Assembly (NCBI GenBank): GCA_965649215.1 | Contig: CBFGJZ010000007.1 | Span: 29,088-63,694 of the forward strand | Source: a candidate division WOR-3 bacterium | GTDB taxonomy: Bacteria > Hydrothermota > Tepidihabitantia > Tepidihabitantales > CAIPLT01 | Length of the DNA stretch: 34,607 nucleotides | Direction of reading: 5' to 3' | In this document: positions 18,038-27,112 of the stretch, one piece after another | How the letters are laid out: every line of letters begins with the position of its first letter | Numbering within the stretch: the first letter of the stretch is position 1 | The notes under the pieces: generated by a model | Told to the model about the DNA's origin: nothing | Database searches by the model: none | The model's input: only the letters and a program-made list of their open reading frames with translations | Position numbers and translations under genes: made by a program

Positions 18038-19945
18038 TTATTTACTACCACCAACTCGACCTGTATTTCGTATATCATGACGGAATTTTGGCCATGCAGT
18101 ATTAGCAAGAGAATTATTAGTAGTACCTTTGATAGCGAATACTCCAGCTTGAGCTGATGCAACATAAATAGTACCGTCGGGACCAATAGTTGGAGATGGT
18201 GAAAATGGTTCGAATAGTTTATTAGTTTTTTTGATTTTCTTTTTACCATAACCCGGCAGAGGAACTTGCCATACTATACTTCCCGATGGACTGATACCGT
18301 AGACCATATCTTCATTAGTATAAACGACAATCGTTCCGTCTAATGCAATCGCGGGAGACGAATTAATTTCTTCGTCACTCAATTGAACTGGAAATCCTGA
18401 TTTTATTGTACCAGCAGTTGTCAAAGCATATAATTTCCCATCGTTACAACCAAAATAAATGTTGTTATCAGTACCTATTACTGGAGAAGAACGAATACCA
18501 TCATCAGCAGTATAACGCCATATCTGTGCTCCTGTATTTGGATTTAATGCATATAAATATCCATCATCAGTGCCAATGTATAAGCGGTCGGAAGTAAGAG
18601 TTGGCGATGACCAAATTGAAATACCATATTTAATCCGCCATCTTACTGTACCTGTTGATGTTAATGAAGTAACATAACCTGAATCATCAGCAAAATATAC
18701 ATTTCCGGCTGCATCTATAGCTGGCGAACTACCAATTTCACTACCGGTATAATAGGACCATAATAAGCTGACGCTAGATATATTATCCTGTAGACAATAT
18801 AACTTATAATCATCACAGCCTACATATAATCGATTTCCACTGAAAGCGACTGAAGAGCCAAATTCATCATAAGTTAAACTATCGAGGATTTTTCCCGGGA
18901 AACGCCACTTTCTAGTACCGCTAGTACTGATGCAATATAATTCACCTTCGTCACTTCCGATATAAATATGACCCAGACTTTGATTCACAGCTGGAGTGGC
19001 ATTAAAACAACATTCTTCCCAGTGATCATCGGAAGTTGTGACAGACTTTTCACGCCATACTTTATTACCATTTGTAGGATTAATACTATACACACATCCA
19101 TCAATTGCTCCAATAAAGATACGCCAATTACCATTAGCATCTTGACCTAAAGCAGGTGAACTATAAAATTCATAATCAGTTGTATCCGGATCTTCGCCAC
19201 CATAGGCTGGGGTTACTGTCATAAATCTCCAAAGTGGCCCGCTGACAATTACTATATATGGATTAGTCGTATCTGATTGTGAGCCTTTTGAATCTTTTGC
19301 AATTGCACGGATTATATAAGTATCATTAACACTAAATACTAAAGAATCACGGAAAATACTTCCTGAAACTTTTGGGCCAATCCAAGCTCGTTCAGTAAAT
19401 CTCTTTGCACTTGATTTACGATATATAAAACGAACATATACGCTATCAGTGGAATCTGAAGCCACAGCAGCGAATCGCAACTTTTTATCTTTCAAAGTTA
19501 TATAAGGACTTATTCCTGGTCCTGCAAATGAATCAATTATGGGCGGTGCGTTATAGATAATTTGAATACTAGTAGGATTAGACCATACAGAAACTGAATC
19601 TTTGTCAATTGCCCGAACTTTTACTGAATAAGTTCCGGGATTTTCCCAAGCATGATAAGCATACATGGTATCAGAAATTGCCAGATATTCATCATAAGGT
19701 AATGTATCGATTGTATTATCACCCCAATCCCATATATAACGAACATCATCATTTTCAGGATCAGTAGTAATTGTTTTAAAAAGTTCTGGTTTATTATTAT
19801 AAGTTGATGGTGCATGAATGGGTGTTATTGGTTGATCGGGTGGTCGATTCTTTTTCTTAGGGCAATTTAGTGACAAAGTAACTGTTAATAATAATACCGA
19901 AATGAATAGTATTTGATATTTTTGTTTATATTTATATAACATCAC
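18038..19945 (-). CDS. Lipoprotein with PKD/Ig-like domains and a PQQ-like beta-propeller
   Basis: Signal ending LSLNC; VRYIWDWGD PKD motif; repeated SSPAI...VYFG..DG.LYAL blades; C-terminal WPKFRHDIRNTGR; SD GGAGGA, so ATG 19942 is the likely start. Confidence 0.88.
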   Translation of the reverse strand: MMLYKYKQKYQILFISVLLLTVTLSLNCPKKKNRPPDQPITPIHAPSTYNNKPELFKTITTDPENDDVRYIWDWGDNTIDTLPYDEYLAISDTMYAYHAWENPGTYSVKVRAIDKDSVSVWSNPTSIQIIYNAPPIIDSFAGPGISPYITLKDKKLRFAAVASDSTDSVYVRFIYRKSSAKRFTERAWIGPKVSGSIFRDSLVFSVNDTYIIRAIAKDSKGSQSDTTNPYIVIVSGPLWRFMTVTPAYGGEDPDTTDYEFYSSPALGQDANGNWRIFIGAIDGCVYSINPTNGNKVWREKSVTTSDDHWEECCFNATPAVNQSLGHIYIGSDEGELYCISTSGTRKWRFPGKILDSLTYDEFGSSVAFSGNRLYVGCDDYKLYCLQDNISSVSLLWSYYTGSEIGSSPAIDAAGNVYFADDSGYVTSLTSTGTVRWRIKYGISIWSSPTLTSDRLYIGTDDGYLYALNPNTGAQIWRYTADDGIRSSPVIGTDNNIYFGCNDGKLYALTTAGTIKSGFPVQLSDEEINSSPAIALDGTIVVYTNEDMVYGISPSGSIVWQVPLPGYGKKKIKKTNKLFEPFSPSPTIGPDGTIYVASAQAGVFAIKGTTNNSLANTAWPKFRHDIRNTGRVGGSK

Positions 19946-19954
19946 TCCTCCATC

Positions 19955-21013
19955 TTATTTTACAACAACTGGTCCATAAAAGTAACCAGTTTCGGGAAAG
20001 CGATAACTGCCTCCTCGTCCATCCTCACAATAAAAATAATAATTGTGATAATTTCCAACAAAGTGAGAATATTTCAAATAATAAATACCGTTGTACGGTT
20101 TTCCTTGTTTTAGTTTTAAATCGTATGGTTGTTCATTAATATAAATTTGCATTAATGAAGGTGGGTCATTATCTTCGTCAATATATGTTACATAGTATGA
20201 ATAAGTATTGGCTTTATAACCAATTGGTGGTTCGATTTTATTATCCAATAATTTGGGATTTGAATTTTGATGTGATATGACATCTGGACCACGAACAAAA
20301 CCTTGTTCTGGGAGAGTAATGCAGTTACCTAAGGCGTCGTATGCTTTAAAGTAATAGGCATGTTTTCCTGTTGGTAACGTTAATTTAGCAAGAAATATAC
20401 CATCATAAAGTTTTCCTTTGTGTAGTTGCATTGGATAAGAAATTCCATCAACAACAACACGAATCTTCTTAGGTGGTTTTTCGTTTGGGTCTTTAAATCT
20501 AACAGTATAAGTATAAATACTTTTGTTAGTTCCAATTTTTTGATAAAGTCCACCTTCCATTAAAGTTGCTGGTTGCTGATATGGTCGATTAAGATTTACA
20601 GTAGGTCCTTTTATGACCCCATATTGTGGATATTTAATAGAAAATCCATGATCATCTTCGGCATAGAAATAATAAGAGTGTTTGCCAGCGGGTAAACTCA
20701 ATTTGGTTTTATAAACACCATTATTATATTTTCCAGAACTTTTTTTCAGATTGTAACCATTCTCATTAACAAAAACCTTTATTTGAATGGGTTTTTTACC
20801 ATCGGGATCATAATAACGTACTGAAGCAATGTAAATATTACGAGTAGTGCCTGATTGGGGTTCAATTACACCATCATACAAACATGGTTGTTTATTAAGT
20901 GTTAGGTCTTGGGCATAAGTTTTTGCAAAAATTATTAACAAAACACTCATAAATATAACAAGATATTTTAATATCTTCATACTGCCCCCATACTTTATTA
21001 TTGATAACAACAT
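19955..21013 (-). CDS. Secreted protein made of three tandem ~100-aa Ig-like repeats
   Basis: Signal peptide, then three copies of G....Y...V.Y.D....P..I.......Y.L....GK..G.Y......G.H.YYF...D..G....P..G...GP.V. Alternative start at 20980 (MKILKY). Confidence 0.8.
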   Translation of the reverse strand: MLLSIIKYGGSMKILKYLVIFMSVLLIIFAKTYAQDLTLNKQPCLYDGVIEPQSGTTRNIYIASVRYYDPDGKKPIQIKVFVNENGYNLKKSSGKYNNGVYKTKLSLPAGKHSYYFYAEDDHGFSIKYPQYGVIKGPTVNLNRPYQQPATLMEGGLYQKIGTNKSIYTYTVRFKDPNEKPPKKIRVVVDGISYPMQLHKGKLYDGIFLAKLTLPTGKHAYYFKAYDALGNCITLPEQGFVRGPDVISHQNSNPKLLDNKIEPPIGYKANTYSYYVTYIDEDNDPPSLMQIYINEQPYDLKLKQGKPYNGIYYLKYSHFVGNYHNYYFYCEDGRGGSYRFPETGYFYGPVVVK

Positions 21014-21045
21014 ATTTTATTATATTATCATTAATATTTTATATG

Positions 21046-22452
21046 TCAATATGCTCGTGTTATAAAATACAGCACCAGATACAAAATTAAGCTTACAGAA
21101 ACACCTGGTATAAAACCATGAATACCAAAAGGATTTCGCAACAGTAGCCAAATAAATGAAGTTAAAAATCCACTTATCATTGAAAACAATGCTGCTTTTG
21201 GAGAAGGGGTTCGTAGATGTAAGCCAAAAACAAAAGGCCAAAGATTAGTCGAAGCGATAACTGCCCAAGAAAAAGCTGTTAAAACTAATACCATAGCAGG
21301 TGGTTTAACTGCGATTATTAATGAAAAGATTCCAATAATAACACTTGCAAATCTTGCATATCTGAGATGAATTTGACTATCAAGTTTTTTTTGAAAACCA
21401 TCTTCTAATAAATCTTTAAGAATGGTTGAGACAGAAATTATTAAGACTGCTGAGAATGAAGACATGCCTGCGGCAATAACACCGACTAAAAATATTGCTT
21501 GACCAACAGGTGGAAGCACCGTTTTAACTAAATTAGGTATTGCTAAATCGGCATGATTAAGATTAGGAAATATAATTCTAGTTAAAGCGCCATTGAAATA
21601 AGGAAGTAATGCCATACTTGCACCAATTGTTGCTAATACTGTACTTATGCGAATTACAGACACATTAATTATTGAATAAAACCGTGTCATTAATTGAGGC
21701 ATACCCCAAACACCAAGACTGACAATTAAAGAATAAGAAATGAGTCCTGACCACCCCCAAATACCAGGAGTTTTAACAAAATTATCATTTAATATAGATA
21801 ATTGAGAAAAGGTCGCGGAAACACCACCCACTTTCATTAATGCAAAGATTGTTAGTAAAGATAAAGCAAATAACATAATCCAAGCCTGAAAAAAACCTGT
21901 CCAAACTACTGCTAAATAACCACCTAAAGCAACATAGATAATGATAATAAGTCCTGATATTAAAAGCCCCTGTAAGTAAGTGATACTCATCAACACTTCA
22001 AGTGTATTAGCCATGCCTTTCAAAATACTTACATTGTAAATAACCATAAATACTGTTATAATCAACGCAGAAAACATTTGCAACAGTTTTGAGTTATAAC
22101 GTTTCCTAAAAAATTCTGGCATGGTTACGGTATTCAATTCTTTAGTCATCTGCCGAGTTCGTTTAGCTAAAAGCATCCAAGCTAAAGCAGTACCGACTAA
22201 GACATTGATTGCACCTATCCATATTGTGGACATCCCATATTTATAACCAAAACCACCTCCACCAATAATTACAACCGAACTGAAATAAGCAGCAACAAAA
22301 GAAAACGAAGAAATCCAAGGACCAATTTTACGACCTCCAATATAAAAGTCTTCCACTTGATTACTTAATCGAGTACGACTAACTAATCCAATAATTAAAA
22401 GTATTAAAAGATAAATAATTATTACAATACTGTAAATTAAAAATAGTGACAT
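21046..22452 (-). CDS. Sodium:solute symporter (SSS/PutP-like family), substrate unknown
   Basis: EDFYIGGRKIGPW, TMPEFFRKRY, YVALGGYLAVVWT, GMPQLMTRFY, IAAGMSS; about 13 hydrophobic segments. Confidence 0.92.
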   Translation of the reverse strand: MSLFLIYSIVIIIYLLILLIIGLVSRTRLSNQVEDFYIGGRKIGPWISSFSFVAAYFSSVVIIGGGGFGYKYGMSTIWIGAINVLVGTALAWMLLAKRTRQMTKELNTVTMPEFFRKRYNSKLLQMFSALIITVFMVIYNVSILKGMANTLEVLMSITYLQGLLISGLIIIIYVALGGYLAVVWTGFFQAWIMLFALSLLTIFALMKVGGVSATFSQLSILNDNFVKTPGIWGWSGLISYSLIVSLGVWGMPQLMTRFYSIINVSVIRISTVLATIGASMALLPYFNGALTRIIFPNLNHADLAIPNLVKTVLPPVGQAIFLVGVIAAGMSSFSAVLIISVSTILKDLLEDGFQKKLDSQIHLRYARFASVIIGIFSLIIAVKPPAMVLVLTAFSWAVIASTNLWPFVFGLHLRTPSPKAALFSMISGFLTSFIWLLLRNPFGIHGFIPGVSVSLILYLVLYFITRAY

Positions 22453-22453
22453 T

Positions 22454-22567
22454 TTATTTTTTATTATTAGTAAATAGCCAAATTGCCCATATAATGGAAA
22501 AAATTATGGTCACAAATGTAATGATGATAGCTAAAAAAGTACTAAAAGGACAGTTTAAAATCTTCAC
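22454..22567 (-). CDS. Small single-TM symporter accessory protein (missed by the ORF track)
   Basis: GTG 22567 gives MKILNCPFSTFLAIIITFVTIIFSIIWAIWLFTNNKK* (37 aa; in-frame ATG also at 22585). Its stop lies 1 bp before the symporter ATG. Confidence 0.75.
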   Translation of the reverse strand: MKILNCPFSTFLAIIITFVTIIFSIIWAIWLFTNNKK

Positions 22568-22574
22568 GAAATGT

Positions 22575-22602
22575 ATTGTAATCATAAAAAGTAGGTTGTC
22601 AA
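22575..22602 (-). promoter_or_regulatory. Promoter of the small protein-symporter operon
   Basis: Minus strand TTGACA (22602-22597), 16-bp spacer, TACAAT (22580-22575); GTG follows after 7 nt. Confidence 0.6.
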
Positions 22603-22980
22603 TAAGAATTAATTTCTTTTTATATACGTCTTAATAACTAATAATATTATTGTTTGAATTTCTCTGAGAATTATTTTATTGTTAAATAATAACTAATTTA
22701 AATTTTTTTTATTATATCTCGTTGTACATAGAAATAGCTAAGACATTAATCGATGTGAAAATCTATAGTTACGTTTATGTTCAACTAATAGAACTATTTA
22801 AATCGGTACATTTTTTATTGCTTATGTAAATTTATTAGAATACTAATAAATTCAACATCAATTTATACAAAATTAAATGAGCTATATTGATTATGAATAA
22901 TTGACTAAATAATATTTTTAGGTTATCATAGTTATATTTCTTGATCTTTGAAAAATAGCTAAAAGTAAATATGAAAAATA

Positions 22981-23191
22981 TTCTGAAAGATGTCCATATA
23001 TTAATGGACTCAGTTTTTGAATATATAGACTGAGCAGGGAAGGTTGTGAAAATCAACCACGGTCCCACCCACTGTAGACGGTTTTTATTATTTGTCACTG
23101 TTTATGAACGGGAAGGCAAATAAAAATAATATTGTAACTAAAAAGCACTTAAGTAAATAATACCGTAAGTCAGGAGACCTATCTTTCAGAA
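22981..23191 (+). ncRNA. Cobalamin (AdoCbl) riboswitch
   Basis: AGGGAA-GGTTG-TGAAAAT-CAACC-ACGGTCCC-ACCCACTGTA core; GTCACTG...GGGAAGGC; B12 box AAGTCAGGAGACCT; closing helix TTCTGAAAGAT/ATCTTTCAGAA; lies upstream of a TonB-dependent receptor. Confidence 0.95.
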
Positions 23192-23237
23192 AATTATTTA
23201 TAAAAAATAAATCGCCTTGTGCGGAAAGGATTGATTT

Positions 23238-25205
23238 ATGTTAAAAAGGATTTTGATAATTCTAAGTATTCTCATATTAATAAAAATAATTTGCGCTCAA
23301 ACAATTGACACTGTTTTTATATCGGCAAGTAGAATATCAACTAATATTCTTGATCTACCACTTAGTACTAGTTTAATTTTAAAAAAAGATATTATTTCGA
23401 AAACAAATGGTGACGTTGCTTCTGTTTTTTATGGTTTAGCAGGTATAGATACAAAAAGTTATTCATTTATCAATAGTGCTGCATCAATTAGTCTTTATGG
23501 TTCAACAAGTCAACAGGTTTTGGTTCTGCTTGATGGTTTACCGATAAATTTTGCTTCATCGGGAATGCCTGATTTAGGCTTAATATCTCAAAATAATATT
23601 GAACGCATTGAAATAGTCAAGGGTGCAATTTCAAGTGTCTATGGTGCTAATGCACTTGGTGGTATCATCAATTTAATTACTCAAGATCCTTATGATATTT
23701 CAAATTCGACATCATATCAAATAAACTATAAATTTGGTTCTTTTAATACATATCAGTTTTCATTCACGGATAAAATAAGATATTTAAGTTCAATTTTCAA
23801 CTACTTTTTTCTAAAATCCGATGGTGTGCGAACGAATGATGATGTTTTATTTCAAAGCGCAAATGTAATAAGTAGTTATGCTATTGATTCAACAACCACT
23901 TATCGTCTAAACTTGACTATGAATTCTAAAGAACTCGGTTTACCTGGTCCCTTACCTGATTCTTCTCAACATCCTTTATATGGAGATCAAACTGCTTTTT
24001 CAAAATATGATCGCCAAAAAGATATATTATTTATTATGAAATCAGCAATAAATAAAAGAATAAATTCCCGATGGAATATTAGTGTAAATACTCATTATCT
24101 TTTAAATAATTCAAATTATTTATGGATAAACCAATGGAGTTTGGATACTTCATTATATAATGACTATTACCAATCAAAAACATTTTTTATTAATTTTATT
24201 AATAATTGTTATTACAACCAATCCATAGCATTGGCATTTGGTACAGATTTAGAATATAATCAATTTGATGCATTTACTGAATATCCATCAGATACAAACT
24301 GGCACCCCAGAATCAATAAATTTGGTATTTTTGCGGAAGGTTCATTTAGATATTTTAATAATATAAAGCATTTTATTAGTGTAAGATATGATTATAATTC
24401 TAGTTTTGGATATTTTGTTAGTCCATCAACTGGTTTAAATACTAATCTTACAGATAATTTTAAATTACGTGCTCATTTTGGTCAAGCATACCGAGCACCA
24501 AGTATGAATGATTTGTATTGGCCGATTTCTGGCAATAAAAGAATTAAACCTGAAATTGGTAATACTTTGCAGATCGGATTTGATTATATTATGCATCAAA
24601 AACTCTTTGTATCATTGACAAGTTTTAACCGAATAACTAGAGATCTAATTAACTGGTTACCTGATACTTCAAATGTTTGGCGACCAACGAATATTGATTC
24701 ATCAAAGATATTCGGATTAGAACTCACGACAAAAATTAATCTTTTTGAGAATTTACAGATTGTATCTAATTTCACTACTCAAAAAGCAGAACAGATAAAA
24801 AAAGAACTTATCTATTATGATTGGTTAACTCAACATTCTGAATATGATTTTATTAAAAGACAACAAGCATTTGTACCTAAATTAAATTTGTCATTTGATA
24901 TCCATTATCAACTAAATCTTTCCACTAAGATTATGTTTTACGGAAATTATGTGAGCAGTCGAATTAATTATTATGTTGATTACTCTGAATTACCAAATAT
25001 AAAAATGAAATCTAAAACATTACCTGCACATTTTGTACTATCAGGAATTATCAGTAAAGAAATTAATAAATATTTTAAATTAAAATTTAAAGTTGATAAT
25101 ATTTTCAACAGTCATTATGCAGAACAGTTTGGTAATAGCATTATTGATAAAGATTATCCCCGTTCTCCCCGAACATTATTTGTAGAGATGGAATTAAGTA
25201 ATTAA
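23238..25205 (+). CDS. btuB: TonB-dependent receptor, probable cobalamin transporter
   Basis: Signal peptide; DTVFISASR TonB-box-like; plug motifs VLVLLDG and IERIEIVKG.SSVYGANALGGIINLIT; YRAPSMNDLYW; DNIFN..Y. The B12 assignment rests on the riboswitch. Confidence 0.85.
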   Translation: MLKRILIILSILILIKIICAQTIDTVFISASRISTNILDLPLSTSLILKKDIISKTNGDVASVFYGLAGIDTKSYSFINSAASISLYGSTSQQVLVLLDGLPINFASSGMPDLGLISQNNIERIEIVKGAISSVYGANALGGIINLITQDPYDISNSTSYQINYKFGSFNTYQFSFTDKIRYLSSIFNYFFLKSDGVRTNDDVLFQSANVISSYAIDSTTTYRLNLTMNSKELGLPGPLPDSSQHPLYGDQTAFSKYDRQKDILFIMKSAINKRINSRWNISVNTHYLLNNSNYLWINQWSLDTSLYNDYYQSKTFFINFINNCYYNQSIALAFGTDLEYNQFDAFTEYPSDTNWHPRINKFGIFAEGSFRYFNNIKHFISVRYDYNSSFGYFVSPSTGLNTNLTDNFKLRAHFGQAYRAPSMNDLYWPISGNKRIKPEIGNTLQIGFDYIMHQKLFVSLTSFNRITRDLINWLPDTSNVWRPTNIDSSKIFGLELTTKINLFENLQIVSNFTTQKAEQIKKELIYYDWLTQHSEYDFIKRQQAFVPKLNLSFDIHYQLNLSTKIMFYGNYVSSRINYYVDYSELPNIKMKSKTLPAHFVLSGIISKEINKYFKLKFKVDNIFNSHYAEQFGNSIIDKDYPRSPRTLFVEMELSN

Positions 25206-25221
25206 AAAACAGAATAAACTA

Positions 25222-25647
25222 TTAACCAGTATGTCCAAATCCCTTTTCGTTTCGGTTGGTTTTAGAGAGTTTTTGTTTTTGTTTTAATTTAACACGGATT
25301 ATTTTTGAGAAAACTAATTGAGCAATTCGATCTCCTTTTTTTACACGATATGGCTTTTTGCCAAAATTTATAAGTATTACTTTGATTTCACCTCTATAAT
25401 CAGCATCAATTGTACCCGGACTATTTAGGACACCAATACCATACTTAGCAGCTAAACCAGAACGAGGTCTTACTTGTGCTTCTAGACCTGATGGCATTTC
25501 AATCGCAATACCAGTATCTATTGTTTTAAATTCTAAAGGATTAATAGTCGAATCATGAGCAGCATGTAGATCGATGCCAGAAGCATCTTGAGTTTGATAC
25601 TGAGGTGTTAAATTAGATTTTAATTTAACGAATTTAACGATTGTCAT
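25222..25647 (-). CDS. dut: Trimeric dUTPase
   Basis: ASGIDL, RPRSGLA, GTIDADYRGEI, GDRIAQL, RNEKGFGHTG. Confidence 0.97.
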   Translation of the reverse strand: MTIVKFVKLKSNLTPQYQTQDASGIDLHAAHDSTINPLEFKTIDTGIAIEMPSGLEAQVRPRSGLAAKYGIGVLNSPGTIDADYRGEIKVILINFGKKPYRVKKGDRIAQLVFSKIIRVKLKQKQKLSKTNRNEKGFGHTG

Positions 25648-25667
25648 ATTTATAGATTCATATCTTG

Positions 25668-26135
25668 TTACTTGTTAGAAATATTTTCAAATACTTTAGA
25701 ATTATCTACTATGGTGATTGATTTTTTAGCTAATCTGTCACAAATTTTATTTTTGGAACGAGGTATTAGTGCCAATTTTACAGAAGGTAAAGATTTCATT
25801 AATTTTATTGCTTGTGTATATAATTTTTTTATTATTACATTCTTTACTTTATAACGACCCGAAATTTGATAAAAAATTAATTCTGAATCGGTATTTATGA
25901 TTATTTCAGAAACATTAGTTAACTGCCACATAAAATACATTTTTTTAAGTATCTTTAAGGCATAAATTAATGCTTCATATTCTATTTGATTATTTGTTTT
26001 TATTCCCCGATATTTTGATATTTGTAATAATTTTCGGTCTTTGTCGGTTTGAAAATATACTCCTATACCTGAGGGGCCTGGATTACCTTTTGATGCACCA
26101 TCAATAAAGCCGATTATTTTATTAACGATTGGCAA
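25668..26135 (-). CDS. rnhA: Ribonuclease HI
   Basis: DGASKGNPGPSG, TNNQIEYEAL, TDSELI, IPRSKNKICDRLA; all four acidic catalytic residues present. TTG start uncertain. Confidence 0.9.
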   Translation of the reverse strand: MPIVNKIIGFIDGASKGNPGPSGIGVYFQTDKDRKLLQISKYRGIKTNNQIEYEALIYALKILKKMYFMWQLTNVSEIIINTDSELIFYQISGRYKVKNVIIKKLYTQAIKLMKSLPSVKLALIPRSKNKICDRLAKKSITIVDNSKVFENISNK

Positions 26136-26137
26136 AG

Positions 26138-26863
26138 TTATGATGAGTTATTGTTTTCAATATTAGGAGCAATTGTGATGCGTCCGCAATATTCACAAAA
26201 ATGTATTCTTTCATTTTTCATAATCTCTAAAATTTTTTGTGGGGGTAGTGGGTTTAAACAACCTTGGCAACGAACATCATCAATTTTTACAACAGCTATA
26301 CCATTTTTACCTTTTCGTATTTTTTCATATATCGATACTGTTTCTTGTCCGATTTGTTGACATAAAAATTCACGTTGTTTAATTCGATCATTAATTGCTT
26401 TTAAAACATTTTTTTGATCATTTTTTATTAAATTAATTTTATTTTGAGTATCTTGTTCAATCTCAATTAACTCATTATTTAATTTTTTAATTTCTTTTTC
26501 GTAAATCTCTATTTGCTCCATAATATCAATCATTTTATCTTCAATCGAATTTTTTTCTTTTTTTTGATTTTCGATTTCTTTTAAAAATGCTTTATATTGT
26601 TCATTAGTTTTAGCGGAGTACAATTGCATTGAATAGTTATTAATTTTATCTTCAGCTTCTTTTAAGTCAACTTCTAATAATTTGTATTTTTTCTTTAATT
26701 CAACTATATTTTGTTGAAGAGTATTTAATTCATTTTTCTTGTTTTCTGTTAATAATTGTAGACCCTCAATCTTTTTCGGTATTTCTTGTTTCTTTCGTTC
26801 TAAAATTGATAATTCATTATCGATTTGTTGAAGTTTAAATAAATTTTTTAGAAGTTCTAGCAT
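26138..26863 (-). CDS. C4-type zinc-ribbon coiled-coil protein (DUF164/CT398/HP0958 family)
   Basis: LQQID, long coiled coil, YEKIRKGKNGIAV..CQGC...CEYCGRI. The track start at 26902 lies inside the tRNA terminator, so ATG 26863 is preferred. Confidence 0.9.
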   Translation of the reverse strand: MLELLKNLFKLQQIDNELSILERKKQEIPKKIEGLQLLTENKKNELNTLQQNIVELKKKYKLLEVDLKEAEDKINNYSMQLYSAKTNEQYKAFLKEIENQKKEKNSIEDKMIDIMEQIEIYEKEIKKLNNELIEIEQDTQNKINLIKNDQKNVLKAINDRIKQREFLCQQIGQETVSIYEKIRKGKNGIAVVKIDDVRCQGCLNPLPPQKILEIMKNERIHFCEYCGRITIAPNIENNNSS

Positions 26864-26876
26864 AACTGATTCAAAT

Positions 26877-26906
26877 AAAAAAGGGTATGTCTTTTTTGAC
26901 ATACCC
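26877..26906 (-). terminator. Rho-independent terminator after tRNA-Val
   Basis: Minus strand GGGTATGTC-AAAAAA-GACATACCC followed by T6. Confidence 0.85.
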
Positions 26907-26915
26907 CCGCTTCTA

Positions 26916-26991
<76 letters not shown>

Positions 26992-27014
26992 GAATACGTT
27001 ACTCATTTAACAGT

Positions 27015-27043
27015 AATATAGATTATTTTATAAGAATTGTCAA
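27015..27043 (-). promoter_or_regulatory. tRNA-Val promoter
   Basis: Minus strand TTGACA (27043-27038), 17-bp spacer, TATATT (27020-27015). Confidence 0.65.
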
Positions 27044-27071
27044 TAGGATTAATACAAATTAATAATTTCAA

Positions 27072-27099
27072 TTGACTTGAAAATTAATCTTATTATAAT
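27072..27099 (+). promoter_or_regulatory. Promoter of the HDAC gene (divergent from the tRNA promoter)
   Basis: TTGACT 27072-27077, 16-bp spacer, TATAAT 27094-27099. Confidence 0.6.
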
Positions 27100-27112
27100 A
27101 GAGTATATTAGT

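Noticed and set aside
13518..21241. Shadow ORFs at 13518, 14088, 18022, 18406, 18968, 19621 and 21020
   Set aside because: They overlap well-supported minus-strand genes and lack recognisable motifs.
22446..23098. Track ORFs 22446-22634(+) and 22835-23098(-)
   Set aside because: The first is antisense to the small membrane peptide; the second is antisense to the riboswitch and of low complexity.
25648..25667. RNase P RNA (rnpB), often found after zinc-ribbon/rnhA genes
   Set aside because: Only 20 bp separate rnhA and dut; no RNase P consensus seen in the window.
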